Source: a virus (lineage: Duplodnaviria > Caudoviricetes). Taken from it: a stretch of 64,000 nt of DNA. The first letter of the stretch is position 1, and each line of letters starts with the position of its first letter. Below the pieces are notes generated by a model. It worked only from the letters and a program-made list of their open reading frames with translations, had not been told where the DNA came from and did no database searches. The stretch spans positions 32,001-96,000 of IMG/VR virus record IMGVR_UViG_3300014059_000970; one strand, 5' to 3'. Position numbers and translations under genes: made by a program. Below are positions 48,045 to 57,130 of the stretch, one piece after another.

Positions 48045-48656
48045 CTAATTTATGTCTTTTTCGTTCTTTTTTCCGCCGGGTGCAAAATAGTATTGTGGTA
48101 AAAGTCGCTTTCTGGTCGCAAATTCCTTTAGGCGAGCCTCGTCTTCGGCGTCTCCATAAATAACACAAGCGTAGTTCTTAAATCTCTTGTGAAATTGTTC
48201 AATTGTAAGATGTAGAGGATATCTATTGTTTTGATGATTATTTAATACCTCTGCCCTATTAGCTAAATCATCATAGCCAACTAGATTAACACAATGCGCA
48301 GTATCAAAAAATATAATAACAGGGCGACCTTCGGCTACTGCTTCTTTAATGAGCTTTACGCAAGCATCCCGACCTGAAGCATCTTTATATTTAACTCCAT
48401 AACTAGTAATCACTCTCCTTAAATCACTAGCCGACGCACCACCCTGACATCTTCTATCTTTTCTTACATCATATAGTTGCTCAATCCCTTGAGTCATAGC
48501 GCAATTATATAGAGAATTCCATACACATGTTCCTCTAGTGTTTAGACTGCGGTATTCCTTTGGAATTGGAGACTGTATATCCCAACAGTCATCCAACTCC
48601 GCAGAATATAAATTACTGACAAATAAAAGTATAAATAGGGAAAGTAAATATCTCAT
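48045..48656 (-). CDS. secreted papain-like (C39-like) peptidase
   Basis: Signal peptide; GTCVWNS, GRPVI..AHCVNLVG, VLNN. Confidence 0.7.
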   Translation of the reverse strand: MRYLLSLFILLFVSNLYSAELDDCWDIQSPIPKEYRSLNTRGTCVWNSLYNCAMTQGIEQLYDVRKDRRCQGGASASDLRRVITSYGVKYKDASGRDACVKLIKEAVAEGRPVIIFFDTAHCVNLVGYDDLANRAEVLNNHQNNRYPLHLTIEQFHKRFKNYACVIYGDAEDEARLKEFATRKRLLPQYYFAPGGKKNEKDIN

Positions 48657-50245
48657 TATTCGCCCTTTTCAAAAATACGAACAACAACTCTGTTCAAAAA
48701 TTCGTTTACAGCGTGCATTGTTTCATCATGTAGGATTGCCTTTGCTACTGGATTTAGAACTGTTTTATGTGCTTCTACCAGTGTCATAGGTGCTTCTTCT
48801 GCAACAAAAGCAACTTGTTCTCCCATTACTGGAGCTACTATTGTTGTTGTTATGCCCAACTTCTTGGCAATAGCTGCGTCAACCCTTCTTGCTACTTCGT
48901 TGTCTAGTTCGTCTGCTCTAGCTCTTAATCTTTCAGCGCTTTCGGCACCAATATATGGAGCTACGGCATTTGCTACTCTTTGTTCAACTTTGTCTAGGGT
49001 AGCTTCGCGCACTTCATCTTTCTTTGCTAGGGCCTTTGTTAAGTAGCCGTTCTTATATAGATAACGAACAACCATTACAACTACGGTAGCTAAACCGCCA
49101 CCGCCTAACCACTTAACTAGATTTTGATAAAAGTCCGCTTCGGCTTGTGCTTCGTCGGCCTTCTTATCTGCGTCTTCTAGTTCTTGGATTACTGGTGGAA
49201 CTTCAACTGGAACATTAAAATCTGGTACGCCGTCAAGATATGGGTTTTCTGATGGATTAATATTTGGAGATGGACTTGGATTAAGAGTCACATCTGGACT
49301 TGGTGTTACATCAGGTGTCTTATCAGGACGAATAATTGGAATTAGCTTTGTTCTGTCCCTGACTGGTTCTGGCACCGTTACCATTGGTACATCAACTACC
49401 TTTGGTGGTAATTGAGCTGGTTGTACAACCTTTGGTTTAGCTGGAACAACAGGACGAACATTGTAATTATACTTACTAGGGGCAAATCTAGCCCTCTTTA
49501 GTCTATTAAAAATAACTTGTTCATAGTTATCTGGTAGTTGAATTACGCTTGGTTCTGAAACTTGACCATTTAGGCTAGCTAAAATTGAATCAACTAGAAC
49601 TGCACCACCATGATTTTCTTCATAGCCCATTGATGTTGGCTTACCGGCAACTCCACCGCCGATTCTCCAAGTAATCATACCCTTTAAATATGTTTCATAT
49701 CCGCTTGGACCCTTTGCTACAATATATAGACCAGAGCCTGATTGTCCGCCTAATGGGGGTGGATAGAATAAAATACGGTCTGATTCTTGGCTAATAATAA
49801 AACCTTCAAAAGCAGAAGGCCAACGAGCCCCTGGACATCCTGCGCTAACTACATAATTACCAACAGCTTCTAGTCCTGCTGGAGCTAATTTAGCAACTCT
49901 TGGTGGATACTTACCGAAGTATCTTTCATCAATAGATAGCAGGGCGTAGTCTGTGCTTGTCCTTTCAACAAACTTTGTCCATACAACGGTTGCAGGTAAT
50001 GGGGTTGTTTTGCGTCCATTCTTAAAGAATTCTAACTGAACATTGTTATTGTTACCAACAACATGTGCATTAGTTAGTATGTAATACATGCCGTTCTCAT
50101 GCTTAATACATGAACCACTTCCATAGTATTGGCCAGCAGTAACTCTACAAGTTGCTTCCAGTATTTGGTTAGCGCCCCATAGTTCTGCTTTAGCAGATAC
50201 AGGAATTAGGAGTAGGCATAAAGTTAAAAAAAGTGACTTAAACAT
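48656..50245 (-). CDS. trypsin-like serine protease with signal peptide, Pro-rich linker and TM segment
   Basis: GSG..ILTNAHV, DYALL, GQSGSG. Confidence 0.85.
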   Translation of the reverse strand: MFKSLFLTLCLLLIPVSAKAELWGANQILEATCRVTAGQYYGSGSCIKHENGMYYILTNAHVVGNNNNVQLEFFKNGRKTTPLPATVVWTKFVERTSTDYALLSIDERYFGKYPPRVAKLAPAGLEAVGNYVVSAGCPGARWPSAFEGFIISQESDRILFYPPPLGGQSGSGLYIVAKGPSGYETYLKGMITWRIGGGVAGKPTSMGYEENHGGAVLVDSILASLNGQVSEPSVIQLPDNYEQVIFNRLKRARFAPSKYNYNVRPVVPAKPKVVQPAQLPPKVVDVPMVTVPEPVRDRTKLIPIIRPDKTPDVTPSPDVTLNPSPSPNINPSENPYLDGVPDFNVPVEVPPVIQELEDADKKADEAQAEADFYQNLVKWLGGGGLATVVVMVVRYLYKNGYLTKALAKKDEVREATLDKVEQRVANAVAPYIGAESAERLRARADELDNEVARRVDAAIAKKLGITTTIVAPVMGEQVAFVAEEAPMTLVEAHKTVLNPVAKAILHDETMHAVNEFLNRVVVRIFEKGE

Positions 50246-50312
50246 AGAAGTAAACCCTAAACAGGTGAAGATAGTTATACACTATATGATACACCTGGAT
50301 AGGGCTACTTCT
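50246..50312 (-). promoter_or_regulatory. long hairpin occluding the protease RBS, carrying GTGTA promoter motifs
   Basis: AGAAGTA/TACTTCT, CCCTA/TAGGG, CAGGTG/CACCTG; ends directly at ATG; AGTGTATAAC in loop. Confidence 0.65.
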
Positions 50313-50331
50313 TTCAACATCAACTATATAA

Positions 50332-50532
50332 CTAGTTGATTATGCCACGTCTCTTTAACGCCTTACGAGCTAAAGACCTGCTCTCATGTACTCTGCGCTC
50401 TCTAATTAATTGACGAGCCTCATTTGGGTTTCCTCTAAAGTAGTGATTGTAGAAATCCCTACCGCTTACTTGACCAGTAGCAAAACCCTTTACTGCCTTT
50501 ACGTTTCTCTTGATTAACTTGTCCCAATTCAT
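50332..50532 (-). CDS. hypothetical basic protein
   Basis: GGAGG RBS. Confidence 0.65.
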   Translation of the reverse strand: MNWDKLIKRNVKAVKGFATGQVSGRDFYNHYFRGNPNEARQLIRERRVHESRSLARKALKRRGIIN

Positions 50533-50546
50533 TTTTTGTCCTCCGA

Positions 50547-51011
50547 TTAACGAAATAAATAAACTCTTCTTAATTGATACGCTTCATTTGGAAATTCAAT
50601 ATTCTTATCTGTCCAATAAGTTATTTTGGTTCCTATGTCCCAGCTATATTTGTAGTATCCAAATCTATGATAGCTGGCCCATCTTTCTTCTGATTCTTTT
50701 AAATGCTCAACAGTGTATGGAATGTCTTGTTCTTCTAGATATTCTGTAATATAGTAATCTAGAACCCATACTGGTAGAATTACTTCGTGTTTTTTACCTC
50801 TTTTCCCTGTCCTATATTGGTTTCTACGCCTTGATTTCCAGCACTTGTCTTTATGAACATGGACATCGTCGTATGAGTCTGGTAGATTATGTCCATATCT
50901 TTTAGCGCGAACATATTTCTTACCATGAGCATAATTCCACCTACGCTCTTGAGTTGTCTTTGGGCTTCTGTACCATGAATCGGTTTTTGGCCCGTACTTC
51001 TTTTCTTTCAT
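50547..51011 (-). CDS. hypothetical basic protein
   Basis: GGAGG RBS; YRSPKTTQERR..VRAKR..LPDSYDD; upstream hairpin 51021-51051. Confidence 0.7.
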   Translation of the reverse strand: MKEKKYGPKTDSWYRSPKTTQERRWNYAHGKKYVRAKRYGHNLPDSYDDVHVHKDKCWKSRRRNQYRTGKRGKKHEVILPVWVLDYYITEYLEEQDIPYTVEHLKESEERWASYHRFGYYKYSWDIGTKITYWTDKNIEFPNEAYQLRRVYLFR

Positions 51012-51103
51012 TTTTGCCTCCACGGTTAATTAGGTTACGACCTAATTCGTGTGGCAATCGCGCAAGCAATCATCCTATTTTCTCCTGTGTTAATTGTTAA
51101 AAG

Positions 51104-51177
51104 TACCCCACTAAAGGAATCGAACCTTTTCTTAGAAGTCCGTAGCTTCTCGTGCGAATCCGGCACACTCAGAGGGC
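51104..51177 (-). tRNA. tRNA-Arg(ACG)
   Basis: AGAAG-CTACGGA-CTTCT; bulged acceptor stem. Confidence 0.8.
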
Positions 51178-51405
51178 TTATAGTTGTTCTTTAAATCTTA
51201 AATCTTCTATTTCTTGTTTGTGGCTTTTAATTCCAATTACTTTGTGACCACTACATACCATACACTTTGGCCGTCCACAATCTAAAGGATGTTGTTTTCT
51301 AAAACGCCCTTTTGATTTTTCTGGAAATCTTATTCCCATCTTCTTTGCTTGTTTTTCTCGTCTAGTTTCCCAGTGTTTGTCATTATCGTGGTTGTTATAT
51401 CTCAT
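51178..51405 (-). CDS. hypothetical basic protein
   Basis: DCGRPKCMVC. Confidence 0.65.
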   Translation of the reverse strand: MRYNNHDNDKHWETRREKQAKKMGIRFPEKSKGRFRKQHPLDCGRPKCMVCSGHKVIGIKSHKQEIEDLRFKEQL

Positions 51406-51442
51406 TGTAAATCATCCCAAATGAATTGTCTTGGAAAGTAAG

Positions 51443-51519
51443 AGTCGAAAGGCGGATTTGAACCACTTATTAAGAGATTTGCAGTCTCTCTCCTAACCAT
51501 TAGGATTAATTCTATCGAC
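51443..51519 (-). tRNA. tRNA-Cys(GCA), atypical D region
   Basis: AGAGA-CTGCAAA-TCTCT; U73. Confidence 0.7.
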
Positions 51520-52093
51520 AGCAACGCCTTGGGTGACAAAAATATGTTTTAATTATTGTCTGCTTTGTTAAGATGCTCTTTTCTTGTGACTCTACTTTAT
51601 CTAGTCTAGTATCAAGAGTTACAAGTTCTGCACTAATTGAACCTAAAGCTTCTCCAAGGGTTTGGAAAATAGCATTCATTGTTAGTTTGTATTCATTAAA
51701 CTCTTTATAGTGGGCTTCCGCTCCAGCTAATAAGGCTTTATCAACTTGACTTGATGTATTTGCTTTGTCTTCTAAATTGGCAATATAAATCTTAAGCTGA
51801 CCGTTTTCTGTAACTAAATTAGAAACTTGTTCTTGTAGTTCAAGGACTTCTTTTGTCAGGTCGTTCTTTTCTAGAGAGGCTACTCGCTCTTCTAAACTTT
51901 TTGTGGTTATCTTTGTACTTTCTACAGCGTCTCTGGCCTTTTTATCAACATAAAGTTTGACTTGCTCTGCCGTATTTTTTACATTACGTTCGGCGTTTTC
52001 AATTGTAGTTTTATTAGGAATAAACCAAAATATTAAAAACACTAGTAAGGTAAATCCTCCCAGCATTAGAATTGCTCTTGTTGGTTCTGTCAT
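51512..52093 (-). CDS. membrane-anchored coiled-coil protein
   Basis: N-terminal TM, long heptads; GGAG RBS. Confidence 0.7.
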   Translation of the reverse strand: MTEPTRAILMLGGFTLLVFLIFWFIPNKTTIENAERNVKNTAEQVKLYVDKKARDAVESTKITTKSLEERVASLEKNDLTKEVLELQEQVSNLVTENGQLKIYIANLEDKANTSSQVDKALLAGAEAHYKEFNEYKLTMNAIFQTLGEALGSISAELVTLDTRLDKVESQEKSILTKQTIIKTYFCHPRRCCR

Positions 52094-52115
52094 ATTTACT
52101 CCAAGATAGATTAAG

Positions 52116-52200
52116 CGGATAGGACGGGTACGACCCCGCATTGCTTTTACACATCACAATTTAGCAAATTGGACCAACAAACTTATTTGGCTCTCTATCC
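52116..52200 (-). tRNA. tRNA-Ser(GCU)
   Basis: Loop TTGCTAA, long variable arm, G73; degenerate D and T loops. Confidence 0.7.
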
Positions 52201-52205
52201 GTATT

Positions 52206-52832
52206 TTATTTCAACCAGCCAAGTTTCTTATATTCTTGTTCTAGCCAAAGTACCCTGTTATTATACACGAAATCTAGAAACTCGTCAAGTTCTTTTTGTT
52301 CGGAAAATCCAGATTTTCTTGATAATTCTCTGGCCGAATTTACATACTCTTGGAATTCAAGGACGTGATTATAGCTATCTATCGAGCGTTTTTCCATTCC
52401 TTCATCAAGGCCAACTAAACATCCTCCTATATAAGCGATATATTCGTCTAGGACGTAAAACGGAGTGTCATTCCAATACTTTTGCTGTTCCACAAGATAG
52501 AGTTGATAATTTGGTCCACGCCTTTTGACATTATCAGCAACTTCTTTTAGTGTAACTTTTGGATTACTAAATAAAAAAGCCCTATCTTTTAGTAAGTAAT
52601 AGGCGTTTGGTCTTTTGTGCTTAAGTCTTATTTTTGAATGCAAAACATGTAAACTTTCATGTCCGCTTGTTATGAGGTCTGTATCTTTAAAAACCTCTCC
52701 TTCGTTCAGATGTGAGCAAATGTCTCCATATACTCCAACGCCAAACCTTCTTAATGGCTTATATTCTATCGTTTCGGCATTACAAATACTAGACAAGAAA
52801 AATAGTATAAGGGCACTAACGGCTATTCGCAT
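52206..52832 (-). CDS. secreted HExxH protein (putative metallopeptidase)
   Basis: Signal peptide; GHESLH, YVLDEYIAY. Confidence 0.65.
   Translation of the reverse strand: MRIAVSALILFFLSSICNAETIEYKPLRRFGVGVYGDICSHLNEGEVFKDTDLITSGHESLHVLHSKIRLKHKRPNAYYLLKDRAFLFSNPKVTLKEVADNVKRRGPNYQLYLVEQQKYWNDTPFYVLDEYIAYIGGCLVGLDEGMEKRSIDSYNHVLEFQEYVNSARELSRKSGFSEQKELDEFLDFVYNNRVLWLEQEYKKLGWLK
52260..52288 (-). promoter_or_regulatory. promoter TTGACG-N17-TATAAT inside the 3' end of a CDS
   Basis: Near-consensus, CGTG extension, upstream of tRNA-Ser. Confidence 0.55.
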
Positions 52833-53037
52833 TATATGCCAGAGTTAACTGGACTTGTTCCTCAAAGTCTAATTCTGAAATTATGGCGAAAAACTCTTTT
52901 CTTTCCATTGAGACCAAACCAGCCTCGGCCGCAGCCTTTAGTGCATTCTTTTTAGAATTTGGGCCAATATAGCAATGGCCGTTGTCACCATAGCGGTGCC
53001 CTACCTTCTCATCGACAACACAAATTTGTAAAGACAT
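52816..53037 (-). CDS. hypothetical protein
   Basis: C...GHRYGDNGHCY. Confidence 0.6.
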   Translation of the reverse strand: MSLQICVVDEKVGHRYGDNGHCYIGPNSKKNALKAAAEAGLVSMERKEFFAIISELDFEEQVQLTLAYNANSR

Positions 53038-53787
53038 CTACCACCCCATGTATTTTTTATAAATATCGTCCATTATTACCCACTTTCTTTCTAGTCTAGG
53101 AGTATTCCACCCTAAACAAAATGAGTAAAACTTCATTATGTCTGTTTTATTAGACATTTCTACGCTCACACAAAAATCACTAGCTGATTGCTTATATATT
53201 TTGCATTCACATGGTAATACACTTTTTAGCCATTCCGAACATTTTGGGCTACAAGCAATTCTTGCTCTTTCTGAGTCACAACATCCGTCTCCATCAAATA
53301 GACCTCTTACAAAGTCGCCTAAATATCTATTTGGTATTTTTGGTTCTAAAAAATTATAAGTTTTATTAGGAATAACTCCAAATTTTTCTAAACTTGGTCG
53401 GAGATTATAGTTGTCTATATTTAGATAGCATTTACTATAACTTTCGCTTTCATATGGCTTTACATTATCGACACCAAGTACAGATAAAGAAAACTTTTTA
53501 AGATGATTTATGTCTTTCTCGGCAAGGTGGACACTTAATCTATTTCTATCCGAATAGATACATCCATCAGCAAAAATGAATCCTGCCCAATACGCAGACA
53601 AGGGATTTACCTCATTGAAGAATGAGATTGTTTTCTTGTCTAGTTTTGATTCCAGTTCTTCTTTTAATATTCTATTTTTAGAACGTGTTCCGCCATAAAG
53701 ATTTAATTTACCAGCTTTTGCCCAGCGTCTTATGGTTTTTTCTCCACAATTTGCTATTTGGGCAGCCTCTTTATAATTTATATACAT
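53038..53787 (-). CDS. LAGLIDADG homing endonuclease with N-terminal HTH
   Basis: AYWAGFIFADGC and FVRGLFDGDGC; LERK. Confidence 0.9.
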   Translation of the reverse strand: MYINYKEAAQIANCGEKTIRRWAKAGKLNLYGGTRSKNRILKEELESKLDKKTISFFNEVNPLSAYWAGFIFADGCIYSDRNRLSVHLAEKDINHLKKFSLSVLGVDNVKPYESESYSKCYLNIDNYNLRPSLEKFGVIPNKTYNFLEPKIPNRYLGDFVRGLFDGDGCCDSERARIACSPKCSEWLKSVLPCECKIYKQSASDFCVSVEMSNKTDIMKFYSFCLGWNTPRLERKWVIMDDIYKKYMGW

Positions 53788-53820
53788 GGTATGATGTCCT
53801 TTCTACCCTTGTATACACCA
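53779..53820 (-). promoter_or_regulatory. GGTGTATAC motif in a hairpin covering the LAGLIDADG RBS and start
   Basis: TGTATACA/TGTATATA plus GGTA/TACC; AAGGA in loop. Confidence 0.55.
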
Positions 53821-53833
53821 TTTCAGTCCAAAG

Positions 53834-53905
53834 TACGCTTGGAGAGACTCGAACTCTCACAAAATGATTGGAAATCATTTATGCTAACCATTACATCACA
53901 AACGC
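53834..53905 (-). tRNA. tRNA-Gly(UCC)
   Basis: AATGA-TTTCCAA-TCATT. Confidence 0.88.
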
Positions 53906-53909
53906 TCAA

Positions 53910-53981
53910 AGCGACTAGTCAAACTTGAATTGACCCCTCAATGTTGGCAACATTGTGTACGAACCCCTATACTATAGTCGC
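53910..53981 (-). tRNA. tRNA-Gly(GCC)
   Basis: CAATG-TTGCCAA-CATTG; GCG 5' end, U73. Confidence 0.85.
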
Positions 53982-54769
53982 GCTAATTCTTTTTCAAGCA
54001 GAACTATTAACTGTCCAATACATTCAGTATTCTGCGTTTTTTTCTGCTTACTATAAATATACACTTCTTTTAAGTATTCTAACCTAATTTCTGCTCTATT
54101 TTTGTAACTTTTATAGTCCAAACCGGCCTGTTTACCAATTTTGGCAGCCGCTATGTAAGCTCCTAACTCATTAACAAACCCAAATTTAAGTTTCGTACTA
54201 GGAATATAGTAGATTTGGCCATAGTCGTCATATAGTTTGATATCTTTTTTGGGAGAAAAATACTTCTGTATTATCTTTGAGTCATAGACCCTAATATGTG
54301 GCACGCTATCTATTATATCAATGAATGGAAAGTTTATATGGACAACCCTATTTTCTAGTAGATAAAGAGATTCCACCCTATCTTCATCAACAAAATTACC
54401 ACCACCATAAATATAAAAGTCCTCTGCCTTTTCTGTATATCTTTCTTTGATTCTTGCATTTAATTTTAAAACCGCAAAGTAATATGCTCGTAGTGGATTT
54501 TGCCCCTCTTTAACCCTTATTCTTTGATTTCTTACTTCTTGTTTTAGGTCAGATGTATAATCTCCAACCTGGGGGCCAACCATTTCAATTATTATGTCGT
54601 TCTTAACTTCAATTTGTTCGTATGGCTTTTCCGCCGCTTCTTCTAGCTCTTTTCTGCTAAAGGTTTGTGCATTGCAGATATTGCTGGAATATGTCGCGGT
54701 CCATAGAAATAGTATCGCCGTGCTGATTAATAAATAAGTTTGTCTTTTTCTTTGAAAAGTTAAACCCAT
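53972..54769 (-). CDS. secreted protein, divergent paralog of 52206-52832
   Basis: Shares ICNA signal end, YLL..R, E..AYI motifs; lacks HExxH. Confidence 0.6.
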   Translation of the reverse strand: MGLTFQRKRQTYLLISTAILFLWTATYSSNICNAQTFSRKELEEAAEKPYEQIEVKNDIIIEMVGPQVGDYTSDLKQEVRNQRIRVKEGQNPLRAYYFAVLKLNARIKERYTEKAEDFYIYGGGNFVDEDRVESLYLLENRVVHINFPFIDIIDSVPHIRVYDSKIIQKYFSPKKDIKLYDDYGQIYYIPSTKLKFGFVNELGAYIAAAKIGKQAGLDYKSYKNRAEIRLEYLKEVYIYSKQKKTQNTECIGQLIVLLEKELARL

Positions 54770-54941
54770 CGAACACGCCCTTTTCCTTTTGTTCTGATAA
54801 GCACATCCCAATCTTTTTAATATCTTGCCTATCTAGGACTACCCACTCTCCATTTTGGCCCAGTATTATACTTCCTTTGTCATTACGCCCAATTAAAAGA
54901 CCAGAGTTTTCGTATAGTGTTTCTTTTATGTATTCTTGCAT
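54657..54941 (-). CDS. hypothetical protein
   Basis: AAGGAG RBS. Confidence 0.55.
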   Translation of the reverse strand: MQEYIKETLYENSGLLIGRNDKGSIILGQNGEWVVLDRQDIKKIGMCLSEQKEKGVFDGFNFSKKKTNLFINQHGDTISMDRDIFQQYLQCTNL

Positions 54942-54969
54942 GGTAGCTCCTTTCTACTATATAGAACAC

Positions 54970-55254
54970 CTAAACTATTAGGTTTTTCTTTTTAGGAGTT
55001 ACTAATTTGGACTTTTCTGAAAATGTTAGCAAATGATAGTTTACGACTTTTTCGTTTGGATTCAAAGTAAACAAGATTTCGCTATTTTCTAGTGTTATAG
55101 AGTCGTCTGACGACAAAGACTTTAAAATATCAACAAATTTATAGTCATGGTCAGTAACAACGACAAATAACGGATTTTTGATTGTTGTAAATTTATCGTC
55201 TACCGATAACTCTCCGACTATCATTTGTCCATTTTTCAATCTAACTATCTTCAT
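54970..55254 (-). CDS. hypothetical protein (Sm-like beta pattern)
   Basis: IVRLKNGQMIVGEL..IKNP. Confidence 0.65.
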   Translation of the reverse strand: MKIVRLKNGQMIVGELSVDDKFTTIKNPLFVVVTDHDYKFVDILKSLSSDDSITLENSEILFTLNPNEKVVNYHLLTFSEKSKLVTPKKKNLIV

Positions 55255-55923
55255 TCATTCTCCTAAATTGTTGTCCTCTAATAACTTGCGTATAGCTTCT
55301 ATATTAGATGCCATAGCGTATGTTGGAATTTCCTTTCCATTTACATACTTTGCTTGGCACATTATTGCCATGCCAACTACCTCGGTCCCATCCTCATTTA
55401 GAACGGGGGAGCCACTGCGACCGGGAATAATTGGCGGATTAAAATTAAATATATTTGGCTTTTCTTTATTTGATTCAAGAAAGACGCCTTTGAACGCACT
55501 TGGCCACGCCCCGTTTGAGCAGCCGTAGCTCCAAATTGTATATAATTCTTTGCTGTCTTTTGCTAGTTTGAGTGGTTTAAACGGCCTATAGTCACCAAAG
55601 TCTGTTTTAGCCACTTTTACCACAGAAATGTCTGTAGTTGTCCATTCTTCATATAGCCACAAAAGCTTAGTTGCTTTTACGTTTTTGGCCTTACCTCCAT
55701 GAGTTAACATTAAGGTTATTTCTTTATCATCTAGCCCACCAACAAAATGGCCGGCACTTATAAGATAATAATTTTCATCGTCTTCTTTATAGCACCAAGC
55801 CGTTCCAAAAGCCTGGCCATTACTTATTCTGCAAATCGAATCACAGACTTCATTAATCCCGGCGTCAGATAAGTTTGATAAGGAGGCCAGAATTAATAAA
55901 GAGAAAAGAAATTGTTTAATCAT
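55255..55923 (-). CDS. secreted trypsin-like serine protease
   Basis: ISAGHF, TDISVV, GRSGSP; paralog of 48656 (GC..A.WPSAF.G). Confidence 0.85.
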   Translation of the reverse strand: MIKQFLFSLLILASLSNLSDAGINEVCDSICRISNGQAFGTAWCYKEDDENYYLISAGHFVGGLDDKEITLMLTHGGKAKNVKATKLLWLYEEWTTTDISVVKVAKTDFGDYRPFKPLKLAKDSKELYTIWSYGCSNGAWPSAFKGVFLESNKEKPNIFNFNPPIIPGRSGSPVLNEDGTEVVGMAIMCQAKYVNGKEIPTYAMASNIEAIRKLLEDNNLGE

Positions 55924-55924
55924 A

Positions 55925-56395
55925 CTACTTAAATTTTAGAGTATCAATTGTTACCTCGACGCTGTTAATGGTTTTGAGTCTCTTAAGTTTATGCGCCAAT
56001 TTTAGCGCGTTTCTATAAGATTCACATTCCAAAGTTAATATAAACTCAAGATGTTGAGAATAAGGGTCAATTGTTAGGAAATTGAATCTTTTTATTGGAT
56101 AGCCTCTATATGAGGAAGGATTATCTGGCAAGTATTTGTCTTTATGTTCATCAAAAAACCTAATTGATATTTTGGCTGGCGTTTTATTTAGCTTTGATTT
56201 TAATAAGCCTTTTTGCATAACTTTCATTGCCCTATCTAGAATATCCCATTTTACATCTTGCTTATATGTCAATGTCCAGTTTTGGAAATTAGACTTGATT
56301 TCATCTTTACCCATTAATTTAGGAAATGTATGAATGTCGTCATTTTTATTAAACATTATTTTACGGCTTGGCCTCCCATTCTTCTCTAAAATCAC
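55925..56395 (-). CDS. hypothetical protein
   Basis: 156 aa ORF; start uncertain. Confidence 0.55.
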   Translation of the reverse strand: MILEKNGRPSRKIMFNKNDDIHTFPKLMGKDEIKSNFQNWTLTYKQDVKWDILDRAMKVMQKGLLKSKLNKTPAKISIRFFDEHKDKYLPDNPSSYRGYPIKRFNFLTIDPYSQHLEFILTLECESYRNALKLAHKLKRLKTINSVEVTIDTLKFK

Positions 56396-56612
56396 GAATC
56401 ACAAAAAGTCCTCCTAAAATTAGGAAACCGTAATTTATTACCGTTTGAATATTTATTGAATCTTGCTGGTCTGTTTTAACTATGCTTTCAGTGTGTTCTG
56501 GACTTACTTGTTTTACCTCAACTGCTTCGTTAACATTAACTGACGAAGTTGTCGTATAAAGTCTAAATCCTAAAAAACAAACCAGCAACACCAAATACTT
56601 AATCACTAACAT
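56361..56612 (-). CDS. small membrane protein
   Basis: N- and C-terminal hydrophobic segments. Confidence 0.55.
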   Translation of the reverse strand: MLVIKYLVLLVCFLGFRLYTTTSSVNVNEAVEVKQVSPEHTESIVKTDQQDSINIQTVINYGFLILGGLFVIRDFREEWEAKP

Positions 56613-56913
56613 CTCCTTTATTTAAATTATCTATTAAACCCTTGCCAAGTTCTGTAATGCCATAAACCACATCTTCACCGTCTAGCTCTGCTTCTACTAG
56701 ACCCTTTTTAGTCATTTCACTTAATGTGTGTTGAACAATAAGTTGATTGATGAATTCTGCAAACTCCTCTTCGCTAAATTCGTCCTTTGTTTTAGCAATT
56801 TCTTGGACTGCGTACATCGCAATAGAATCAAGGGCTAGTTCAGAAAGGTCCGATTCTGCTTCTGCGTGGTTAAATGTTTCTAGGGCCAAATACAAATGCT
56901 GTTCTGTTATCAC
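56599..56913 (-). CDS. hypothetical acidic protein (wHTH-like C-terminus)
   Basis: KKGLVE...YGITELGK; AAGGA RBS. Confidence 0.65.
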   Translation of the reverse strand: MITEQHLYLALETFNHAEAESDLSELALDSIAMYAVQEIAKTKDEFSEEEFAEFINQLIVQHTLSEMTKKGLVEAELDGEDVVYGITELGKGLIDNLNKGDVSD

Positions 56914-56963
56914 AAACCGTCCTTTTGTTAAGAGACTTCATAGAAGTACATATAAATAGAAAA

Positions 56964-57054
56964 TGCGGTAGATATTATATTCCTTCGCCAATAACGTCTT
57001 ATTGGCTGAGCCTTACTCCACAGCCAAATAATATCCTAGGTAAGTCTTTCCGCA
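56964..57054 (-). ncRNA. unassigned structured RNA (three-way junction)
   Basis: TGCGG/CCGCA, GATATTAT/ATAATATC, GCCAATAA-GACG-TTATTGGC. Confidence 0.5.
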
Positions 57055-57058
57055 AAAG

Positions 57059-57130
57059 TAGCGTGCCGGGGAGTCGAACCCCGCTTATGATGTTTCCAGA
57101 ACACCCAACTCACCCCGAGTTCTGCACACT
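57059..57130 (-). tRNA. atypical tRNA, anticodon UGG (Pro?)
   Basis: AGTGTGC/GCACGCT; AACTC-GGGGT-GAGTT; loop TCTGGAA; perfect T-arm. Confidence 0.55.

Noticed and set aside
46421-48168. Minus-strand ORFs 46421-46603 and 47956-48168
   Set aside because: Run through tRNAs, structured RNA or a promoter; no protein features
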